A stretch of 24,491 nt of DNA from a virus (lineage: Duplodnaviria; Caudoviricetes). This document shows, piece after piece, positions 15,942 to 23,436 of this stretch; position 1 is the first letter of the stretch, and every line of letters begins with the position of its first letter. Where the stretch lies: positions 1 through 24,491 of IMG/VR virus record IMGVR_UViG_3300038393_002693; one strand, given 5' to 3'. Under the pieces are notes generated by a model. The model made no database searches. It was not told where the DNA came from and saw nothing but the letters and a program-made list of their open reading frames with translations. The position numbers and the translations under genes are program-made.

Positions 15942-16780
15942 CTCAGATCGTAATGGTCCGGAAGTTCTGCCAAGAAGTTCTTGCTGCCAATAGTCTGATT
16001 ACCTTGGATTCTGACTGGATAGGGTGGATAGCCAAGGAAGTGGCCGAGATGGGAAAGTGCACCTTCCCGTCTCCCAATATCAATGGGAACATCCTGAAGG
16101 GCGTGGACCTGGTTGCCTACGAATTGATGGCCTCGGCAGTCAATTATGCCTATTGGTATGGTCATCCGGAGCTTCGCCCAGGGGGAGCTAATGCCTTTGG
16201 GATGTATCGCCTGCTGAGTGATTCCTATTCTTCTGACTGGGCTAGGACTTGTGATCGTTTCTCCCGGGCCATGATCAAGCAAGGCTATCCTTTTGCCGAT
16301 CGCCGTGCTGCCCACCTGGCGGAGCTGGCTCCCCTCCTCCAAGATCTGGCCGATCAAGTCCACGGTTGCCAGTCGGCTAGCGATGCCATCGAGGTTATCG
16401 TGGAGAATGTGCCGGGGTTTGCGGGGGACGTCTTCCGCAAGCGGGCTTTCTTGTGCGTGATGCAATTGCATCGGCAGGACGGGCGATGGGCTGATAGTAT
16501 TGGGGCGGTACCGATTCCGGCTGACTATCAGGTCCCTAAGATGCTGCGGTACCTGCAAGCTTTCCATTACTCTCCGGATCTGGCTCGCCTGGTGGACACC
16601 TATAAGCTCATCGCTTCGGGGTCGTTGGAGGAGTGTGCGATTCGGGCTGCCAGTATTGTGGCCTGCGACCGGATTGGCCAGCTCTCGGGGCGGACCACGT
16701 CAGACGTGGACTACTTCTTGTGGACCCGCCGCAAGGAGGTTAAGGGGCCTTTCCATTTGACTATCACTACTGACTACTAG
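15938..16780 (+). CDS. Queuosine salvage N-glycosylase homolog (Qng1 / DUF2419)
   Basis: AVNYAYW, PGF.GD.FRKRAFL, PADYQVPKMLR, GS.EECAIRAASI, VDYFLW, terminal PFHLTITTDY. Confidence 0.9.
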   Translation: MTQIVMVRKFCQEVLAANSLITLDSDWIGWIAKEVAEMGKCTFPSPNINGNILKGVDLVAYELMASAVNYAYWYGHPELRPGGANAFGMYRLLSDSYSSDWARTCDRFSRAMIKQGYPFADRRAAHLAELAPLLQDLADQVHGCQSASDAIEVIVENVPGFAGDVFRKRAFLCVMQLHRQDGRWADSIGAVPIPADYQVPKMLRYLQAFHYSPDLARLVDTYKLIASGSLEECAIRAASIVACDRIGQLSGRTTSDVDYFLWTRRKEVKGPFHLTITTDY

Positions 16781-16794
16781 GGTGGGGGTGGCTG

Positions 16795-16806
16795 CAAATA
16801 TATTGT
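16795..16806 (+). promoter_or_regulatory. CAAA-NN-TA class promoter-like motif
   Basis: CAAATATATTGT immediately before ATG 16807, no SD. Confidence 0.55.
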
Positions 16807-17097
16807 ATGGCAGCCACCGATATTACCATTGTTCGCCGTATTCCGGTTGTCCACGGGTTCTTGCAGATCCCCGATAACAAGGAACAGTACCGCCACAAGG
16901 TTTCGGTCGCGGCGGCCCGTGCTGCCGTGGGCAAGACGGCCATCGGGACCGGTGCCTGGATTCGCCGCCTCGGTGCGGGTGGGGCGACCCGTACGGCTGG
17001 TGTTTCCCACGGCAGGCAGGAATTGTTTGAGCTGCCTGAGACGGGGGTCACTGCTATTGACACCAAGTACAATGCTCTGCGGGCTCTGGTGCCATAG
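16807..17097 (+). CDS. Hypothetical protein (possible virion component)
   Basis: 96 aa, A/G/T-rich; preceded by the recurring motif. Confidence 0.7.
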   Translation: MAATDITIVRRIPVVHGFLQIPDNKEQYRHKVSVAAARAAVGKTAIGTGAWIRRLGAGGATRTAGVSHGRQELFELPETGVTAIDTKYNALRALVP

Positions 17098-17159
17098 TGA
17101 AGAGTTCGCAGGTTTCGGCAAATTTATTTTGTTGGGTCTTTAACCATTAGGAGGTTATC

Positions 17160-17609
17160 ATGGCGAGTCAGCCTGCAAACACCCAAATTGTGGTCCTTCG
17201 CACGATGCGTTCGCAGCGTGATTGGGACCGGAACGAGACGATCAAGGCCAAGACGGGCCACCTGCGGAAGCTGATCCTTCAGCAGCCCGGCCTGGAGACG
17301 CCGTTCGTGGCGATCGGCACCAGCTTCGACACCACCCGCAAGGGCCTGTCGAGCTACGACCGCAACGGCCTCCCCATCGTGGTCGGTGCCCGCGCTACCC
17401 AGGCTTTCGAGACGATCGAGAACCTCACGGGTATCGCTCTCCCGATCGAGATCGGTCAGGACAAGTTCATCACCAACTCGGTGGTCAAGAGCACGGACGG
17501 CTCGGGCAACGTGTTCTACAGCTCGACCAGCGCCGCGACGACCCGCGACCTGTTCAAGGACGCTCAGGGCCTCCCGACGACCTCGACCGACCCCAAGGAA
17601 GTCCCCTAA
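17160..17609 (+). CDS. Hypothetical protein, probably highly expressed
   Basis: AGGAGG SD, very strong C/G-ending codon bias, Thr-rich, upstream CAAATTTATTTT (17119-17130), downstream hairpin. Confidence 0.85.
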   Translation: MASQPANTQIVVLRTMRSQRDWDRNETIKAKTGHLRKLILQQPGLETPFVAIGTSFDTTRKGLSSYDRNGLPIVVGARATQAFETIENLTGIALPIEIGQDKFITNSVVKSTDGSGNVFYSSTSAATTRDLFKDAQGLPTTSTDPKEVP

Positions 17610-17644
17610 TCCGGGCCTTTCGCGTTTCTCAACAACGAACCCAG

Positions 17645-17675
17645 AGATGGCCAGTCCCACTAGGACTGGCCATCT
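17645..17675 (+). terminator. Strong stem-loop after the 17160 gene (terminator or stabiliser)
   Basis: AGATGGCCAGTCC-CACTA-GGACTGGCCATCT perfect 13-bp stem; weak U tract. Confidence 0.7.
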
Positions 17676-17694
17676 TGGTATTCGGACATAGAAT

Positions 17695-17706
17695 CAAAGA
17701 TATTAT
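17695..17706 (+). promoter_or_regulatory. CAAA-NN-TA class promoter-like motif
   Basis: CAAAGATATTAT followed by GAGG SD and ATG 17722. Confidence 0.5.
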
Positions 17707-17721
17707 ACCGAGGTACACCCT

Positions 17722-18285
17722 ATGGCCAATCGTGTTCCCTTCACCATGCACATCCGTGTCCTCCCGAACACTACAGGGCTGCAGTCTTCGACTACCGCTA
17801 CCAAGCGAGTTGAAATCTCCCGCCTGTTCGAGAAGACCGCGTACAACGTCCAGCGGCTGCTGGAGAAGAACCTCACAAGCGTCAACGTCGCTGATGGTGG
17901 TGGCTCCGCCAACCTCAGCGTTGCAACCGATGGTACCTTGCTGGGAGACGCCCCCGCCTGTCTCACTAAGGTGGCTGCAGTGGTTGGCAGCTTCGGTGAC
18001 GGCCTGCCGGTTGTTACTGTCACGGGCTTCTATAATGTCACTCCCACTGCCCCCTACCCCTCGACGGGGTTGGTGCATGCCGGTAAATATACTACCGGCC
18101 CCGAAACTGGTGCTCGCGGTGGCAGGTCCGACCTGGACCCGCCCACAGCCTTCCTGAATCAGTTCAAGGCTTTCAAGCTGGCGGTGGAGACGGCCCTGAC
18201 TTCCATCTCATCCAGCATCGACATCGTCCGGGTGGATTATTGCGGCGTGACTTTCGGGATGGGCGGGCATCACTTCCCCAGATAA
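17722..18285 (+). CDS. Hypothetical protein (possible virion component)
   Basis: 187 aa, T/G/V-rich, GAGGT SD. Confidence 0.8.
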   Translation: MANRVPFTMHIRVLPNTTGLQSSTTATKRVEISRLFEKTAYNVQRLLEKNLTSVNVADGGGSANLSVATDGTLLGDAPACLTKVAAVVGSFGDGLPVVTVTGFYNVTPTAPYPSTGLVHAGKYTTGPETGARGGRSDLDPPTAFLNQFKAFKLAVETALTSISSSIDIVRVDYCGVTFGMGGHHFPR

Positions 18286-18293
18286 GGTGGACC

Positions 18294-18686
18294 GTGAAGA
18301 TAGGAGACCGTCTTAATCAGGCCCTCATGACCCTCCCCGGGAGGGTCATTGGGGACGACTTAGCCACGTATAAGACTCCAATCTCCGAAGGAAGTTTCTC
18401 GCGGCTCCTGCAGACCCTGGCTGGCGGAAACTCAACGCACAAGCAACTGGCCAAGCTGGCGAATGAGCGGGAGGAGCTGGCACAGCAGTCGCAAAAGATC
18501 AGTAAAGAGATTGACTTGCTAGTGAGATCCTGCCTGCTGGCGGTTGCCCAGGGCAATGGTGAGGCCCAGGTCCACTTAGAACAGTCGATAGAGACGCGAC
18601 AGGCTGACCTGGCGGCAGCGCTCCGGCAAATGCAGGCAATCCAGCAGAAGATGATGGAGCTGGGGAGACAGCCTAAAGTAGCCTAG
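18294..18686 (+). CDS. Coiled-coil hypothetical protein
   Basis: AAGGTGG SD before GTG 18294 (preferred over track start 18240); Q/L/A-rich heptads. Confidence 0.7.
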   Translation: MKIGDRLNQALMTLPGRVIGDDLATYKTPISEGSFSRLLQTLAGGNSTHKQLAKLANEREELAQQSQKISKEIDLLVRSCLLAVAQGNGEAQVHLEQSIETRQADLAAALRQMQAIQQKMMELGRQPKVA

Positions 18687-18702
18687 ACGGGAGGGACAGG
18701 GA

Positions 18703-18927
18703 GTGCCGCTAACCAACCCAAAGTTGCTGGCCAAGCTCAACCGAAAGTTGGGCGAGGCGGACAAAACCTGGACTCCCCTGGAACAGGCCACGCCCGAGCG
18801 GCTGGCCCAGTTCGTCAAGATCTATACCACCATCTTGCAGCACATCCAGGACCCGGTTCAGCGAGCCCGCTGCCAGGCCATGCTCCAAGCTATCCGAAAG
18901 CTGCAGAACGGGCAGCAAGCTTCATAG
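18703..18927 (+). CDS. Small helical hypothetical protein
   Basis: GGAGGG SD, GTG start, 74 aa. Confidence 0.7.
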   Translation: MPLTNPKLLAKLNRKLGEADKTWTPLEQATPERLAQFVKIYTTILQHIQDPVQRARCQAMLQAIRKLQNGQQAS

Positions 18928-18934
18928 AAGACCA

Positions 18935-18967
18935 CTCCTGGCGTAAATAAATCACCTACGTCAGGAG
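18935..18967 (+). promoter_or_regulatory. RBS-sequestering hairpin overlapping a GTAAATA promoter-like motif
   Basis: CTCCTGGCGTA (18935-45) pairs with TACGTCAGGAG (18957-67), which contains the SD; GTAAATA at 18943-49. Confidence 0.7.
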
Positions 18968-18972
18968 AGACT

Positions 18973-21522
18973 TTGCTCGCATCTATCATCATTCCCACCT
19001 ATAATCACTTTGAAGACTGCCTGCGTCCCTGCCTGGAATCGGTGGTAAAATACACTGATCTGTCCCAGGTCGAAGTCATCGTGGTTGGAAATGGCTGCAC
19101 TGATGGGACTGCATCGTACATGGCTGAGCTGACCAAGCGTCAGAATGTCCGATACTTGAGCTTCCCTGACCCGCTTGGCTATCCCAAGGCGACAAACGCC
19201 GGGCTGAAAGTTGCCCAGGGCAAATACATCGTCTTCCTCAACAATGATACCGAGCTAAAGGAGCAGCCGACCAACCAATGGCTACAACTCCTGATCGATC
19301 CCATGGAGGCAGATCAGAGCATCGGGATCACCGGCCCCATGGTCACCCAGAGCCCGGAAACCGGCGAGAATTTCACCATCTTCTTCTGTGCCTGCACTCG
19401 TGCTGTCTCAATCAAGCAACACGGCCTGCTTGACGAGGGTTATTCGCCCGGCTGGGGTGAAGACGTGGACTTCTGCATGCACATCCTGCGGGGCGGGCAG
19501 AAAGTCGTCCAGGTGCCGCTGGGAGCCAATTCCTATTATCCTGAGCCCAAGTACATGGTCGGTGAATTCCCCATCTGGCACAAGGGCACCCAAACCTTCC
19601 GCGAGGTGCCCAACGGAGACGCTCTGCTGCGGCGGAACCGTAGCCGCTTAAGGGAGAAGTGGGCCAAGAAAGTCAAGCTCAACCTGGGCTGCGGGGACCA
19701 GAAGATCGATGGCTACATTGGGGTGGACCTCTATAACCCCAATGCCGATCTCAAATTAGACATCTGTGACCTGTCACAATTCCAGGACAACAGCGTCGAT
19801 GAAATCCTGGCGGTGCACGTCCTGGAGCACCTCAACCCCTACAACATCAATCAGATCCTGGCGGAGTGGTATCGGGTGCTCAAGCCCCTGGGCAAGCTGG
19901 TTCTAGAGCTTCCCGACATCGAGGGGTTGTGCCGAGCCTTCATGGAGTCTGACAAAGGCCAGCGTTACCATCTGATCAACTGTATCTATGGGACTGGCAC
20001 CCTTGGGCAGCCTAGCTTTACTCCGCACCTGTTCGGCTGGTATTACGAGATCCTGCACGACCACCTGGCTCCCCTGGGCTTCGGCAACATTAGCAAGCAA
20101 GAGCCCCAGTTTGATCATTGGGGCGTCAACTTCCGTCTGGAAGCTCACAAGATGCCCCAGGGGTTCTTCTCGGAACTCAATGGCATCGTTTATCGCCAGA
20201 TGGTAGAACGGATGCCCGATAACGGCACGCTGGTGGAGCTTGGAACCTGGAAGGGCCGCAGTCTCGCTTACGTGGCCGACCTGGTGAAGAGCAAGAACTT
20301 GCGGGTGCTGGCGGTAGACACGTTTGGCGGTACCCCCGGGGACCCCTTCCATGAGAGCGTTAAATGGGAGAACATCCGCCAGATCTTCGATACCAACATT
20401 CGCCTGATGGGCCTGGAGAACCATGTAGATACCCTACAAGGGATGACGGTGGAGATGGCCAAGTCAGTGCCAGATGGCTCTGTTGACCTGGTCTTCGTCG
20501 ACGCCGACCACTCCTATGAGGCAGTTCGCGACGATATCGCGGCCTGGCGGCCCAAGCTTACCCCAAAGGGTGAGATGTGCGGGCATGACTATGTCGAGCA
20601 TTGTGGCGTGCCCAGGGCAGTCCAGGAGGCATTTGGGACGAACCACTCTCACCAGTGGGACGTGTGGTTCGCCCACGAGGCAGCGATTGCTATGCCCGAG
20701 CCCGCGATCCAGGCTTACCCCAAAACTAGCATTAGGGTAATCAACCGGGAACGCAAGGTCTTTGACTGTTTCCCGTTCTTCAATGAGATCGAGCTGCTTG
20801 AGATCCGCCTCAATGAGCTGAAGGATGAGGTCGATTTCTTTGTCCTGGTCGAGGCGACTGTCACCCACAGCGGTCTGCCCAAGCCCGCTTATTATGCCAA
20901 GCACAAGCACTTGCTGCCCCGCGAACTGACTGACAAGATCGTCCACGTGGTGGCCCCGCTTCCTGATTCCGCTGACCCCTGGGTGCGCGAGAGGGCACAG
21001 CGGGACGCGATTTTGGATGCCCTGGCGGGCCGGGCCAACGACAAGGATATAGTAATCATCTCCGATGCCGATGAAATTCCTTCGGCAAAGGCTGTACGCT
21101 CCTATAACCCAGAGCTTGGCATGTGCCAGCTTGACATGAAATTGTACTACTACTACCTGAATCTACAGGGTGGCGTACACTGGGGGCACGGAAAGATCAT
21201 GCTCTATGAGATGCTCAAGAGCATCACTCCGACTGACGCTAGGTACTACCAGTGCCCATGGTTAGCTGACGGTGGATGGCACTTCTCGTATCAGGGAGGT
21301 GTCGCCAAGATCATCCAGAAGATCGAGAGCTGGGGCCACCAGGAGTATAATACTCCTGAAAACAAGGACCCAGCTCGTATTGAGCGGGCAATCCTGGATG
21401 GAGTGGATCTCTTCGGGCGGAATGATCGCTATGACCTGGTGGATCTGGGTGCCCTCCCGCAATACGTACAGCGGCACGCCTCTGACCTGGTCAATAAGGG
21501 TCTGATTCTATGGAAAAACTGA
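18973..21522 (+). CDS. Four-domain fusion: GT2 glycosyltransferase, two SAM methyltransferases and a GT17-like glycosyltransferase
   Basis: SIIIPTYN / VFLNNDT / GEDVDFC (GT2); LNLGCG...HVLEH...RVLKP.G (class I MTase); VELGTWKGRS...VFVDADHSYE...GHDY (Methyltransf_24-like); DCFPFFNEIELLEIRL...SDADEIP...GGWHFSY (GT17). TTG start, AGGAG SD. Confidence 0.9.
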   Translation: MLASIIIPTYNHFEDCLRPCLESVVKYTDLSQVEVIVVGNGCTDGTASYMAELTKRQNVRYLSFPDPLGYPKATNAGLKVAQGKYIVFLNNDTELKEQPTNQWLQLLIDPMEADQSIGITGPMVTQSPETGENFTIFFCACTRAVSIKQHGLLDEGYSPGWGEDVDFCMHILRGGQKVVQVPLGANSYYPEPKYMVGEFPIWHKGTQTFREVPNGDALLRRNRSRLREKWAKKVKLNLGCGDQKIDGYIGVDLYNPNADLKLDICDLSQFQDNSVDEILAVHVLEHLNPYNINQILAEWYRVLKPLGKLVLELPDIEGLCRAFMESDKGQRYHLINCIYGTGTLGQPSFTPHLFGWYYEILHDHLAPLGFGNISKQEPQFDHWGVNFRLEAHKMPQGFFSELNGIVYRQMVERMPDNGTLVELGTWKGRSLAYVADLVKSKNLRVLAVDTFGGTPGDPFHESVKWENIRQIFDTNIRLMGLENHVDTLQGMTVEMAKSVPDGSVDLVFVDADHSYEAVRDDIAAWRPKLTPKGEMCGHDYVEHCGVPRAVQEAFGTNHSHQWDVWFAHEAAIAMPEPAIQAYPKTSIRVINRERKVFDCFPFFNEIELLEIRLNELKDEVDFFVLVEATVTHSGLPKPAYYAKHKHLLPRELTDKIVHVVAPLPDSADPWVRERAQRDAILDALAGRANDKDIVIISDADEIPSAKAVRSYNPELGMCQLDMKLYYYYLNLQGGVHWGHGKIMLYEMLKSITPTDARYYQCPWLADGGWHFSYQGGVAKIIQKIESWGHQEYNTPENKDPARIERAILDGVDLFGRNDRYDLVDLGALPQYVQRHASDLVNKGLILWKN

Positions 21523-22556
21523 CCGTAACTGCTACGATCTCTACTAAGGATCGTTACTTTACTACTCTCCCTTCAGCGATCATGGCGATCGTGGGGCAGA
21601 CTTATCGCCCGTCTAAGCTGATCATCTTCGACGATGGCGAGCACCGCGACCTGCGGGAAGAGCCTCTGTACAAGAACATCTTCGCAGCCATGGCCCTCAA
21701 GGGGATTGAGAGTTGGGTGGAATTCAGCCCGCGTGCCGGGCAGGTACGAAATCACCAGCGAGCAATCTCGCTAGCCCAGACTGACTTGATCTGGAGGGTA
21801 GACGACGATAACGTCCCGGAGCCCCAGACGCTTGAAAAACTAGTCGGCTGCCTGCAATCCGATCCCAAGATTGGTGCGGTGGGCGGTAGGATTATTATTC
21901 CTTCTATGGGGGTAATTTCGGCAGCCGTCAGCTCCAGCCGAATCGAGGATTTGTTTCAGCTGCCCAATCTGCAGTGGAGCGACCATAACGAGGAGTGCGA
22001 GGTTGATCACCTCCATAATTCTTTCCTCTATCGCAAGGAGGCAGCCAAGCACGGCTACTGCATGGAGCTGTCCCCGGTTGGTCACTGCGAGGAGACCCTC
22101 TTTACCTATGAGATGAAGCGCGCGGGCTGGAAGATCATGTTCTGCCCTACTGCCCTCAGTTGGCACATGCGTTATCCGGACGGCGGAATTCGCTCTTATC
22201 AGCAGCACGAATACTGGCAGAGGGACCACCATCTGGCGATGCTGAAGTTTAGTCAATGGGGAGTGCGGTTTAACCAGACCAAACTCTTCGTGCTCGATAA
22301 CGGCATTGGGGATCATTTCATGTTCAAGATGGCTTGGCCCAGGATCAAGGCCAAGTTCCGCCAGCACAGGATGTTCTTGGCCTGCTGTTATCCTCAGATT
22401 TTTGCGGATGAGAAGGACGCCCAGATTATTAGCATTGCCGAGGCAACCCAGATCGATGGGGAGCTTGGTAAGTACAATGTCTATGAGTGGGCGGCAGCCC
22501 GCAACTGGGACAAGAGCCTGGTAAAAGCCTTCGAAGCGATGCATCTGGGAGAATAA
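21510..22556 (+). CDS. GT2 glycosyltransferase fused to a GT9-like N-terminal half domain
   Basis: TISTKDRY, IIFDDG, WRVDDD (DxD), HCEET; C-terminal LDNGIGDHFMF resembles the GT9 N-lobe 'GIGD' motif. Confidence 0.85.
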   Translation: MEKLTVTATISTKDRYFTTLPSAIMAIVGQTYRPSKLIIFDDGEHRDLREEPLYKNIFAAMALKGIESWVEFSPRAGQVRNHQRAISLAQTDLIWRVDDDNVPEPQTLEKLVGCLQSDPKIGAVGGRIIIPSMGVISAAVSSSRIEDLFQLPNLQWSDHNEECEVDHLHNSFLYRKEAAKHGYCMELSPVGHCEETLFTYEMKRAGWKIMFCPTALSWHMRYPDGGIRSYQQHEYWQRDHHLAMLKFSQWGVRFNQTKLFVLDNGIGDHFMFKMAWPRIKAKFRQHRMFLACCYPQIFADEKDAQIISIAEATQIDGELGKYNVYEWAAARNWDKSLVKAFEAMHLGE

Positions 22557-22557
22557 T

Positions 22558-23040
22558 ATGAGCCAGCCCCTGGTCTTAATCAGCCCCTTCTCAAGCAAGC
22601 GGCGGAACGGAAAGCCCAATGCCAAAAATTACCCCTGGTGGCCAGAAGTAGTGAAGGGTCTGCGAGCAGCTGGCGTGCGTACTGTCCAGATTGGGGTTGA
22701 GGGAGAAGAGGAGATCGGGGCAGACGATCGCAAGGTCGGCCTATCCTTCGACCAGTTACGCCAGCTTCTGGATGCCGTTGATGGCTGGGTGGCAGTAGAC
22801 AACTTTTTCCCGCATTTTGCGGCCTACCACGGGCGTGGTGGTGTGGCGATCTTTGCTGTCTCGGACCCCAATCTTTTTGGACACACTATCAACACTAACT
22901 TATTGAAGGACCGCAAATTCCTGCGACGAGACCAGTATAATAATTGGCAGGAAATTGAACTTAATGCCGACGCCTTCATCCCTCCCCAGGAAGTGGTTCA
23001 GAAAGTTCTGAGTCGTCTACCTTCTTCTCTTGCGGCCTAG
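22558..23040 (+). CDS. GT9 (heptosyltransferase-like, GT-B) C-terminal half domain
   Basis: VLISPFS...KNYPWW, VQIG...E, LS..QL..LL, VAVDNF..HFAA..G, IFAVSDP..FG. Confidence 0.8.
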   Translation: MSQPLVLISPFSSKRRNGKPNAKNYPWWPEVVKGLRAAGVRTVQIGVEGEEEIGADDRKVGLSFDQLRQLLDAVDGWVAVDNFFPHFAAYHGRGGVAIFAVSDPNLFGHTINTNLLKDRKFLRRDQYNNWQEIELNADAFIPPQEVVQKVLSRLPSSLAA

Positions 23041-23360
23041 CCATTGATAATTGTGGGGGCGGCACCATTCTGGACGGGTAGGTTGCGGGCTTCGGTGGTG
23101 CCCAGGCTGCGCGTGCTGGTCACGGCCTTGTTCGTCGTGGCTTTCTCTTGCTTTCCCGTGCCGCTTTTGCGTTTGAAAGCTGCCCCGAGATTCGGCACGA
23201 CTTTAGGCTTTCTCGTGACCTCGACGGTGGGCTCACGCCGCTGGGGTGTGGCGGGACGGCTTCCTTTATAGGATGCCGCTGCTTTCTGGAGTTGGGCGGC
23301 CATGCGGGGAGCTTGTGTGATGCTGATGCTCTTGGAGGCGGTGGGCCGTTCGTTGTTCAT
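23037..23360 (-). CDS. Basic, low-complexity hypothetical protein
   Basis: 107 aa, K/R/T/A-rich; shares the CTAG stop palindrome with the convergent gene; CAAAGGTAGCTC motif directly before its ATG. Confidence 0.65.
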   Translation of the reverse strand: MNNERPTASKSISITQAPRMAAQLQKAAASYKGSRPATPQRREPTVEVTRKPKVVPNLGAAFKRKSGTGKQEKATTNKAVTSTRSLGTTEARNLPVQNGAAPTIING

Positions 23361-23372
23361 GAGCTACCTTTG
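23361..23372 (-). promoter_or_regulatory. CAAA-NN-TA class promoter-like motif
   Basis: Minus strand CAAAGGTAGCTC-ATG, same 12-nt offset as at 3890 and 16795. Confidence 0.5.
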
Positions 23373-23436
23373 ATCCTGGTTTGGATAATCTTATCTACCG
23401 CTCCTTACTCATCTACTAGTCAAAAATGTAGTAATC

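Noticed and set aside
17222-18157. 311-aa plus-strand alternative-frame ORF
   Set aside because: Arg/Pro-rich off-frame reading that spans two better-supported genes and a hairpin.
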